Positions 24,852-33,862 of a stretch of DNA of 64,000 nt are shown here, in pieces. The position numbers and the translations under genes are program-made. The DNA lies in contig NC_089435.1 of assembly GCF_026210795.1 (NCBI RefSeq), positions 1,612,001-1,676,000 on the forward strand, in the 5' to 3' direction. Positions within the stretch are counted from its first letter, which is position 1. Each line of letters starts with the position of its first letter. The notes below the pieces were generated by a model that did no database searches, was not told the DNA's origin, and was given only the letters and a program-made list of their open reading frames with translations. The stretch is from Rhizophagus irregularis. Its lineage: Eukaryota.

Positions 24852-26080
24852 TACGTTAAGGATACCAATAATGCTGAAGCGCGTGTCTATGAAACGGGTA
24901 ACACCAAAAATGGATCTGATCAACATTTCCTTTTTGTGTAATGTTTTTTGAGCACTGGTGCGTACGTTAAGGAACCTCTGTGTTTTTATTGGCTAATTGC
25001 TTTGGTATTTCAGGTTCGACTAAATATCTTTGTCGTGCTAAATTTATTTTTGTGTATTTTCTTGTTGAATGGCTTACAAGTTGTGATTTATGATCATGAA
25101 TCTCCTTTTTAAGTGAATATACTTTGCTATTTTATTTTTTATGAATCATAATTACAGTTGATTGATGTTTACTAATTATAATTTAGAAATATGTGCAGAA
25201 CTTCTTTAGCTAATTTATTTTTAAATGTTCTTTTTTATCGATAATAAAATTTGAGGAAATTTTAGAATTTTGAACGAATCTTAATTTAATCACTCGTTCC
25301 CAAATTTGTATTTCGCTCCTTTGAAAATAATCGTTTTTAATAAGAGACATCAAAAGCTTTTCTAGAATCAAAGAAAAATTTGGGTGATTTGAATATTATA
25401 TCTGGCTTTTTGAATTTTTTGAAGTTCCAAGAAAAAATCATTTTTGAAATTTGTCTGATATATTAAATAAAAAATTTTATTCTACCCATTTTGTATTAGT
25501 AATTAGTAGTACAGTACCTAAAGTTTTAATTACATCTAGAGTATCATATTTCTCCAAAGAAATTCTTCCCCATAAATATATCTAGGAAAATTATATTACT
25601 ATATTCTAAAATAAAAAACAAAAAAAAATTGTTTTTTTTTTAAAAAAAAAAGAACTGAATAAAATACGAAAAAAATTAATAATATTAGTAAAAAAGACGT
25701 GAGAAAATCATGTGATCACTTACCAGTATCCTTAGTCTGGTCAAACCCAATAAAGCTAGGAAAAAGAAAAAAAAGATGATATTATTAATAAAAAAAATCG
25801 GTAAAGCATTATTCAACGTTAACGTTAACATTATCATAAGGTTAGTTTTCAAACGTTTTTCTTTTTTGGCATACCTCAAACCAAATCTAGTATCGATTAA
25901 CAACAACAACCGATCTTTATTGGTGTAAATCATCATGTTGCATAATTATCAATCATTGTTTAAGAATTACGTAATATTTGTTGCACAAATCTATTAATGA
26001 ATATAAAACAGACCGAACATACGGGGATTTTTTTTTTGTATTCTTTCGTGTAAATTCATTTTTTATTTTTTTAAAAAAAA

Positions 26081-27517
26081 ATGTCAAAACTCAACGAAGA
26101 CGTATTTTTTTTAATATTTAAAGAGTTAAAGCATGATAAAAATTCACTTTATTCATGTCTTTTTGTTAATAGAACTTGGTGTGAAACAGTAGTGCCTATT
26201 TTATGGGAAAATCCTGGTTATAGTTATCATAGTTCTAGTTCAATGAGTAAATTATTTAAGATAATAATTTTACTTTTATCGGAAGAATCAAGAGATACTT
26301 TAGGAATTAATAATAGTATTACAGAAACATATCAACGTCCTTTATTTAATTACATTGATTACTGGAAATATTTAGATATGTCTTTTATAGAAAATTTAAT
26401 TTCTCAAAGAAGTATTATTGAATATTCCAGCGCGTCTGTTATAAGAAACGAAATATTAAAGTTACTTATTGATAAAAATAGAAGTAAAAAATTCATAAAT
26501 CTTTCTATCCAAGATGATTATGGTTATTATGATTATCTACACCATATTTCAGGGGCTGAACATTGCTTTTCAAAACTTGAATCCTTTTATTGCAAACGAA
26601 ATGTTGATCAAAGTTTTATAAAAGGTTTAGCTAGGATATGCAAATCGATTGAAAAATTTAGATTTGAAGATGTTTCTAACTGTGTCGATAATTCTGGAAT
26701 TCTTAAATTGATTGAAGTACAAGAAAAACTAATTGATGTTGTTTTCACTGTTGATTACTATGGTAATGGTAATGAATCATTTTACAAGTCTCTTGAAGAA
26801 TCTTTGATTAGACACGCTGATACTGTCCATTATTTGAGAATTGATTGGAAACCTATTACAAGACTTCTTTCATGTCTTCCAAACTTATTAAGTTTAGAAT
26901 TTAATATAACTCATTCTGAATACTGGAATGAGTCAGATTATTTAAATGATTTATCATTATCTAATTTAAAAATTTTGAAGACTATTCAAGTTCCAGCTAA
27001 AAGTTTAGTAAATTTAATTGAAGGCACAAAAGGATATCTTACTGAAATTGATATAACTTATGAGGATGTTGATGATGAAATGCTTATTCAAGCAATATAT
27101 CAAAATTGTCCAAATCTTAGATATCTTAAGATATCATTAATGAATCATACTAATTCACTCATTTCAGAATTTGAAAATTTATCAATTCATTGTAAATTAT
27201 TAAATAAATTATTTATTGAAATATATAATAACTTTAGTTGGGATAAATTGTTTATTATATTAGCTAGGTCAGCACCAATTGGTTTATTTAAATTTAAGTT
27301 TCATTCCACGAGATTTGAATTGGAAGATTTTAAATTATTTTTTGACAATTGGAAAAATAGGAATCCTGTACTGTTAACAATAAGCTACACTCCTTTTTTT
27401 GTTAACTTGAGTGAACATCATCAATTAGTAGATTTATTTGAAAAATATAAAGTGAAAGAAATAATTAAAAAATACTACATTAGTGGTCATTTTGAAGAAT
27501 TTAGTAATAATTATTGA
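26081..27517 (+). CDS. F-box/LRR (RNI-like) protein, 478 aa
   Basis: Intact ORF; MSKLNEDVFFLIFKEL...SLYSCLFVNRTWCETVVPILW, YQNCPNLRYL, FFDNWKNR. Confidence 0.88.
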   Translation: MSKLNEDVFFLIFKELKHDKNSLYSCLFVNRTWCETVVPILWENPGYSYHSSSSMSKLFKIIILLLSEESRDTLGINNSITETYQRPLFNYIDYWKYLDMSFIENLISQRSIIEYSSASVIRNEILKLLIDKNRSKKFINLSIQDDYGYYDYLHHISGAEHCFSKLESFYCKRNVDQSFIKGLARICKSIEKFRFEDVSNCVDNSGILKLIEVQEKLIDVVFTVDYYGNGNESFYKSLEESLIRHADTVHYLRIDWKPITRLLSCLPNLLSLEFNITHSEYWNESDYLNDLSLSNLKILKTIQVPAKSLVNLIEGTKGYLTEIDITYEDVDDEMLIQAIYQNCPNLRYLKISLMNHTNSLISEFENLSIHCKLLNKLFIEIYNNFSWDKLFIILARSAPIGLFKFKFHSTRFELEDFKLFFDNWKNRNPVLLTISYTPFFVNLSEHHQLVDLFEKYKVKEIIKKYYISGHFEEFSNNY

Positions 27518-27894
27518 TTTAGATTTTTCAATTAAAACAATTGAACTTACTTTATGATATAGTATTTATATATACTAATAAACTTTGATGATGAAATATC
27601 TAAATCATATTACTTATCTAAATAAATTTTTAAAGATTTAAGAAAAATTATATGAAAATTTTGATACTTAAATTTTCACTTCATAATGTTACATCCATAC
27701 TATATTACTAATTTAGAACTTAATTCTTTAAATTTCATTTAATTTTGCAGAATAATCAATTTTTTCGGCTTATATAACAAGATAATGTATGATTTTTAGT
27801 AATAGACTCATTATCTAAAAAATTTTAATTAATAAAATTAGATAGAAATAATAAAAATAATTAGTACGAATTAATAAATTATTCATTGAAGATT

Positions 27895-28085
27895 AACTTA
27901 CCCAGGAAAGGTATTCTTCCAATATTCCACTTTGATAATAATCAAACCAACAAGCAAAGAATTTCAACCAATCCATCTGTTGGCGGTCTTTTATTAGGAT
28001 CGGAATCCCAACATTTTATATACTGGCGATGTACCTTCAACAATTTTCGGTCTTAATCCTTCACAAATATCTAAAGTAAGGTCAA
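27895..28085 (-). pseudogene. Kinase C-lobe remnant
   Basis: Minus strand reads LDICEGLRPKIVEGTSPVY and, after a frameshift, KCWDSDPNKRP. Confidence 0.65.
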
Positions 28086-28838
28086 GAAAAAATTAAGCAA
28101 AAAAATAAATAAATAAATAAAGGGAAAAAATACACATTAATATAGATTATAAAGAAAAATATAAAAAAAATTTCAGTTTGTTTTATAAAAAAAAACAAGA
28201 AATCAAAAAGGAATTATAAAAAACATTTTAATAAAGAAAAAAAAATTACAAAATAATAATTTTATAAAATTTATACCCATGATCTTTTTCCTTTTCTGCT
28301 ACAGGACTTTACATAATCTTTTTCTTCTTGTAATTCAGGCATCTCAACTTCAAACATTTCTTGAAGAGAAGTATCATTGGTTTCGACATAATGATATTAT
28401 GCATTTTATTTATGGGAGAATCAATACATTATATACTTTCACATGAAATAGGTATGACGAAAGTATTATAAATTTTCTTTTTATTAACTGTTAACATTAA
28501 TAATAATTATTAACAGTAAAAACATTAAAATAGGTATTAATTATATACTAATTACTATTAAAAAAAATTATATTAATTTTCAATTTAGACAAATAAATTA
28601 TCGATTCTATTTTTTTTTTTGACTGGATATGTTTTTTCATTTTTTACTAAGTAAAAAAATATATTTTATTTCAATTACACAGTGAAATTCGATAAACCGG
28701 ATATTCGATAAACCGGATTTGGGCCTAAACCGGACTTTTTTTCTGGAACCAAATCACGTATATTAAAATAGGCTCGATATACCGGAGTTTACTAGTAAAA
28801 GCTCGATATTCGCTATAACGGATCAATTTTCTAACCAG

Positions 28839-29463
28839 TGTAACACCTGAGCCCATAGAAAATTATGTTTGCCACCTCAGGTATTAACAAAATGACTCTT
28901 TATTAATAATATAAATAAATACAATAATATGCTTGGTTTAATAACATTAAATAATAAAATAAATAATTCATAACAAAATTCGTCCAATTTTCTCTCTCTC
29001 TCTCTCTCTGTCCTTTCCAAAAGGTGATCTTCACGCCCTTTTATGTTTGTTTTTGTGTAACTAAATTCATAATTTCGATTCATGGATTTAAATTATTAAA
29101 GTATTTCCATTGTTTTAAAGTATTTCCATTATCTTAATTTTGTATCCATTTGATCATCATGAACTCCTGAATTATGATTTATAATATTAACGTAGTGATC
29201 AACAAATTAATCACTTGACACCTCAGATCACTTGATTTCATTCAATTTAGTATCTTTCGGATCTTCATTTATCCTTAAATCTCGTGACTAATAGTTTAAG
29301 GTCATCACGGACCAATTACCTTGATCCATGTGATTATTAGTTTAACGACTTCTCGGTCCAATTAAAATAAAAATAAAAATAAGTTAAAATTTTATACACT
29401 AAGACTAAATGTAATACTGCGCCTCACAATTAATAAATTTACTAGGTATACTACGGCATTACA
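28839..29463 (-). repeat. 3' LTR (625 bp)
   Basis: TGTAACACCTGAG...CGGCATTACA. No difference from 38763-39387 seen by eye; both carry (TC)9 and give identical 68-aa translations in the track. Confidence 0.97.
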
Positions 29464-29475
29464 ACTATCCCCCAC
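29464..29475 (-). promoter_or_regulatory. Polypurine tract
   Basis: Minus strand GTGGGGGATAGT immediately precedes the 3' LTR. Confidence 0.8.
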
Positions 29476-29498
29476 ATAAAAATTTAATGCCCACATTA

Positions 29499-29568
29499 AA
29501 TTTATTCTAAGAATCGAACTCGTGTCTCGAAGTGGTAGGTGCGAATTATACCACTAAATCAAACATGC
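29499..29568 (-). ncRNA. Degenerate tRNA-Gly-derived sequence with Pol III box A and box B, inside the retrotransposon
   Basis: GCATGTT TG ATTT AGTGGTA TAAT T CGCAC CTACCAC TTCG AGAC ACGAG TTCGATT CTTAG AATAAAT follows the eukaryotic tRNA-Gly(GCC) layout; the anticodon position reads ACC. Stems are partly broken. A hairpin and T5 follow. Confidence 0.7.
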
Positions 29569-29800
29569 ATTGTCACTTGACTCAGTTGCGTTTTAAATAT
29601 TCCTTTTTGCTGCGTCTACATCTGCGGTTTATCATGTGTTTGTTAAGTCTACGGTTTTCCTGTACCGGATTTCACTTTGGTCTTTCTTAGGAAATTTTCA
29701 TTAGTTTTTCCTATTTTCGAAAATTATTTTTATGTCATGTGATTTTATTTCACATGATTATAAATTATCTTTATTTTTCTAAGTCCATTGATGATAGTTA

Positions 29801-31582
29801 TCATTTACTCATCGGTGTATGGTAAGTCTTTAATAATTCTCCATTTACAGGTATCTTCTTGATGACACCTTTAATATTTTTAATTCTATAAGCTCCATTC
29901 GGTAGTATTTCATGAATGTAAAATGGTCCCAACCATTTTGATTCTAATTTTCCCGATAGTTGTTGTGCTTTGGCTTTATCATAGAGTAGTATTTTATCTC
30001 CAATTCCAAAGGTGTGTTCTTTGATTATTTTTCTGTCATGATACTCTTTTTGTTTTGTTTGAGATTTCAGTATTTGTTCTTTGGCTTCATGTCGGGTTTT
30101 TGGTAGTTCTTCCAATAATCCAACTATTCTATCACTTAGGTTAATTTCTTTGATATTTTCATCCATTATTGTCCGTACATTTCTTCCGTATGTTAAATAA
30201 AATGGTCGAATTTTTGTTGAACTATGCTTTTTATTTCGGTAAGCAAATAATATGGGTGCTATCCTTTGATCCCAATCATCTTTGGTTGATAATTTCGCTA
30301 ATGCTTGACCTAATGTTCGGTTGAATCTTTCAACAAGTCCATTTGTCTCTGGATGATAACTTGTAGAAAAATTCCATTTAATTTTGAATTTTTCCATTAA
30401 TTCTTTAATCATTTCATTATTGAAATGACTTCCTCTATCACTCAATATTTTCATTGGACATCCATGTCTACAAATGATGTCTTCATAAATAAATTTTGAT
30501 ACTTCTTTGGCAGTTGCTTCCTTTACTGCTTTGGCTTCTGGCCATTTTGTAAAATAATCCATTGCTACTATGATGTATTTATTACCATTTGTTGTCGTGT
30601 TCAATGGTCCAACAAAGTCAATCCCGATTTGATACCATAGTTCTACTACTTTAATTGGGTGTAATTCATTTTTCCCTTGTGGTTTTCCTCTTCTTTGACA
30701 TTCGTCGCATGTCCTTACATATCTTTCAACGTCATTCAGCATATTTTCCCAATAATATTTATCTTTTAAATTATCATAAGTACTTTTGATTCCCATATGT
30801 GCCGATAATTCATGACTGTGAGCTAAATATAGTGCTCCCATCTTTTCAAAATCTTCTATTATTCTGATGTTTTTACCATTTTTCTCAATATGCTTTTTAC
30901 CATCAGTTACCCTGATGTTATCCTTAATCTCAACATTTTTAACCTCTATTGGTGGTTTATCTCCATCTAATTCTATTATTTTATTATATACTCTTTCCCA
31001 ATCTGTGTCATTATTTGATATTTTAATATTAGCATATTTTTCTCCTTCGTAAATATCTTGACATTCTTTAAATGATTTCACCATCTCCATATATCTTTCT
31101 TCATCTAATAATGGATATGATGTTTTATGTCCTTGATCCTTTTTCGAATATTCTCTACCTTTGTAATTTTCCCAACATTTTTCATTTTCTAAAAATATCA
31201 CTATTGATTCATCAATTATCCTTTTGTTCCTAAATACTTCCTTTTCTAATAGGTGGTTCTCATATCTTGTTATGTATCCTCTGTCGAATGATGGTGTTTG
31301 TTGATAAAAGTACTCACTATAGGGACTTTTATCTAATATTAACCAATCCTCATTATCATGTTCTTCCATTCTCCTGTTGATTTGTTCAACAACTTCCTTC
31401 CTGAATTCCCATTCTATACCTTTCTTTGGTATTTTATACTTATCATTGTCCTCTCTTTTCCTTTTAAAGGTGTTAAACCTCACACTTTGTCCTACTTTTT
31501 CAAATTCTTTTATAAGTTTATTTACAATGAATGTTTTTCCAGTACCATCAACTCCACATATGATTATTATTTTAGGTCCCAT
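29801..31582 (-). CDS. Fusion protein, 593 aa: thymidylate/dNMP-kinase-like P-loop domain (aa ~1-207) plus gypsy integrase
   Basis: IIIICGVDGTGKT and LILDKSPYSEYFYQ; then HHCC (AHSHELSAHMG...CDECQR), catalytic GIDFVGP / SDRGSHF / NGLVERFN, and GPF motif KWLGPF. Confidence 0.9.
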   Translation of the reverse strand: MGPKIIIICGVDGTGKTFIVNKLIKEFEKVGQSVRFNTFKRKREDNDKYKIPKKGIEWEFRKEVVEQINRRMEEHDNEDWLILDKSPYSEYFYQQTPSFDRGYITRYENHLLEKEVFRNKRIIDESIVIFLENEKCWENYKGREYSKKDQGHKTSYPLLDEERYMEMVKSFKECQDIYEGEKYANIKISNNDTDWERVYNKIIELDGDKPPIEVKNVEIKDNIRVTDGKKHIEKNGKNIRIIEDFEKMGALYLAHSHELSAHMGIKSTYDNLKDKYYWENMLNDVERYVRTCDECQRRGKPQGKNELHPIKVVELWYQIGIDFVGPLNTTTNGNKYIIVAMDYFTKWPEAKAVKEATAKEVSKFIYEDIICRHGCPMKILSDRGSHFNNEMIKELMEKFKIKWNFSTSYHPETNGLVERFNRTLGQALAKLSTKDDWDQRIAPILFAYRNKKHSSTKIRPFYLTYGRNVRTIMDENIKEINLSDRIVGLLEELPKTRHEAKEQILKSQTKQKEYHDRKIIKEHTFGIGDKILLYDKAKAQQLSGKLESKWLGPFYIHEILPNGAYRIKNIKGVIKKIPVNGELLKTYHTPMSK

Positions 31583-31811
31583 TTTTACATAATTCTGATA
31601 ATTTTAGCTTGTTTACTTTACTTAATATCACCTCTATTTGTAATATTTCCCCTTGAGTTTCCAATATTAATGGTCTTTCTTCACTATCTTCAAAATTTTT
31701 GGCTTTGAATTTATAGTTATAATTTATCCTGTTTAATTCCTTTGTTATACCTTCTAAATTTTCGATTATATCCTTTATTTTATGATTTGTATTTCTTACC
31801 ACTTGTTCCAT
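31572..31811 (-). CDS. Small predicted coiled-coil ORF (79 aa) between RNase H and kinase-integrase
   Basis: AAAAATGG start context like gag and the integrase ORF; heptad-like IKDIIENLEGITKELNRI; 11-nt overlap with the next ORF. Confidence 0.55.
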   Translation of the reverse strand: MEQVVRNTNHKIKDIIENLEGITKELNRINYNYKFKAKNFEDSEERPLILETQGEILQIEVILSKVNKLKLSELCKNGT

Positions 31812-31847
31812 TTTTATTTTTGAAAAGTAACTCTTTTACCCATCTAT

Positions 31848-33329
31848 TTATATTATTCTTGATAAGGCATCTGCGTTTTTATTTTCTTTTCCTGGTCTAT
31901 GGGTTATTTCAAAATCATACTGTTCCAATTCCATGACCCATCTTGATCTCTTTCCTTTTGGTACTTTTGCAGTCATTAATCCCTTTAAAGCTGCATGGTC
32001 TGTTACTACCTCAAATTTTCTATTGATCAAGTATTTATGGAAATGTTGTATTCCCCATACAATTGCATAACATTCTTGTTCGGTTATTGGCCATCTTTGT
32101 TCTGTCCTGTTTAAACTTTTACTGGCATATTCTATTACGTATTCTTGACCTTTATCATCTTTTTGAGCTAACACTGCCCCTAATCCTATTCCTGAAGCAT
32201 CTGTAATTAATATAAATTTCCTTAACCAATCTGGTTGTCTTAACACCGGTTCTTCGGTTAATTTCCTTTTTAATATTTCTAATGCTTCATGTTGTTTGAT
32301 GCCCCATTCAAACTTTTCATCTTTTCTCAATAAAGATGTTATTGGTTTTACTATTTTTGAAAAATCTTTAATAAATTTTCTATAATACGTACATAACCCC
32401 AATATTGACCTTACACCTTTTATATTTATAGGTGCTGTTAATTTTTGTATCTTTTCAACCTTTCCTGGACTTGGTTTTAATCCATTTTTACCAACTACAT
32501 GTCCTAAAAATTCTATTTCTGTTTTTCCAAATATACATTTCTTTAACTTTAGTATTAAACTGGCTTCCTTTAATTTTTCTAACACTAACTTTATGTGTTT
32601 CAGGTGGTCTTCAAAATTTTCTGAATATATCATTATATCATCAATGTATACTATCACAAATTCATTTAGGTACTCCTTTAATACTTTATCCATTAACCTT
32701 TGAAAACTTGCAGGCGCATTTGTTAACCCAAATGGCATGACATTATATTCATATAATCCTGCTGAGCATATAAATGCTGTTTTCTCAATATCTTCCTCAG
32801 CCATTTCTATCTGATTAAACCCTGATGCTAAATCTAGACTAGTAAACCATCTTCCTGAACTTATCCTTTCTAATTGTTCATCAATCCTTGGTAATGGATA
32901 TGCATCTGTTATTGTAACTTTATTTAATTTTCTATAGTCGATGCAAAACCTATAATTTCCAGACTTTTTTCCTGCTAAAGTCACTGGTGAAGACCATGGA
33001 CTTCTGGATTCTCTAATTTTTCCCAATTTTAACATCTCGTCAACCTCTTTTCTGATGAATTTACCTTTTTCATCATTTTCTTTGTACCTCTTTTGGGCTA
33101 TTGGTTCAGTACCCCCTTTTAATCTGATTTCATGTTTTACTAGGTTTGTCCTATTATATTTTTCACCATCATACTCAAATATATCCTTATATTTTTCTAC
33201 TAATACCTTTAATTTACCTTTTTGTTCATTGGTTATGTCCCCTACTTTAAATTTTTCAGTAAATTTTTCATGGTCACTTTTGTGCTTCTTTATCGTCTCT
33301 TCAGTATCATTCTGACCAAGACTTATACT
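31848..33329 (-). CDS. pol: Reverse transcriptase-RNase H reading frame (493 sense codons, no ATG at its 5' end)
   Basis: The frame opens at 33329 (SISLGQNDTEE...LVEKYKDIF...KHEIRL...EVDEMLKLGKIRES). Motifs SPWSSP, RFCIDYRKLN, MPFGLTNAPASFQ, YIDD, TDAS, EQEC, TDH, NADALSR; TAA at 31850-31848. Confidence 0.92.
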   Translation of the reverse strand, partial: SISLGQNDTEETIKKHKSDHEKFTEKFKVGDITNEQKGKLKVLVEKYKDIFEYDGEKYNRTNLVKHEIRLKGGTEPIAQKRYKENDEKGKFIRKEVDEMLKLGKIRESRSPWSSPVTLAGKKSGNYRFCIDYRKLNKVTITDAYPLPRIDEQLERISSGRWFTSLDLASGFNQIEMAEEDIEKTAFICSAGLYEYNVMPFGLTNAPASFQRLMDKVLKEYLNEFVIVYIDDIMIYSENFEDHLKHIKLVLEKLKEASLILKLKKCIFGKTEIEFLGHVVGKNGLKPSPGKVEKIQKLTAPINIKGVRSILGLCTYYRKFIKDFSKIVKPITSLLRKDEKFEWGIKQHEALEILKRKLTEEPVLRQPDWLRKFILITDASGIGLGAVLAQKDDKGQEYVIEYASKSLNRTEQRWPITEQECYAIVWGIQHFHKYLINRKFEVVTDHAALKGLMTAKVPKGKRSRWVMELEQYDFEITHRPGKENKNADALSRII

Positions 33330-33862
33330 TTAAAATTTTCATCTTCCTGACCTTCATGGTCATCTTCATATATGTTATACAATTCATCCTGGTATAATTC
33401 TTCTAATATTTCCTCTTCATCAAATGTTTCTTCAAACCCTTTAATGGTCCTTTGTGTGTATTTCACTGGTATATCCATAGTTTCATCATTCATTCTAATT
33501 ATTATTGTTTTATCCGTGTAATCTATATTCGCCTTAAACATATCTAATACTCCATTTCCTAACACAATTTCGTTTTTTCCTGAATCAATTACTTCAACCT
33601 TAATGGGTATCTCCTTATCCCCAAATTGTATGTATATTGTCGTGGTACCCCTAGATGCTAATTTATCCTCATTTATCATCACACATCTTACTGTACTTGG
33701 TTCCTCAATTTTTAGGTCCATTTCATCCATTATCTGACTAGTTATTACATTTACTGCTGCTCCTGTATCAAACATTACGTCCTTTAATTCTTGGTTTATT
33801 ATTAATTTACCCCTTAATGCAGTTAAGTGTTCTGCTTCAATGTTGTTCATTGATTCTTGTAG
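33323..33862 (-). CDS. pro: Retropepsin-type aspartic protease, in frame with gag behind one TGA
   Basis: VMFDTGAAVNVI and IVLGNGVL; junction GAT TGA CTA CAA GAA TCA ATG. Confidence 0.88.
   Translation of the reverse strand, partial: LQESMNNIEAEHLTALRGKLIINQELKDVMFDTGAAVNVITSQIMDEMDLKIEEPSTVRCVMINEDKLASRGTTTIYIQFGDKEIPIKVEVIDSGKNEIVLGNGVLDMFKANIDYTDKTIIIRMNDETMDIPVKYTQRTIKGFEETFDEEEILEELYQDELYNIYEDDHEGQEDENFKV

Noticed and set aside
28877..29083. 68-aa ORF in both LTRs (also 38801-39007)
   Set aside because: Crosses the (TC)n microsatellite and AT-rich sequence with no protein features; useful only as evidence of LTR identity.
29499..29568. Functional tRNA-Gly(ACC) gene
   Set aside because: Acceptor, anticodon and T stems contain several mismatches; reported as tRNA-derived instead.
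29801..29900. Chromodomain or env after integrase
   Set aside because: The ORF ends shortly after the GPF motif, and only ~330 non-coding bases remain before the LTR.
33312..33328. 17-nt GT...CAG micro-intron that would fuse protease and RT in frame
   Set aside because: Too short for a normal fungal spliceosomal intron and has no branch point.
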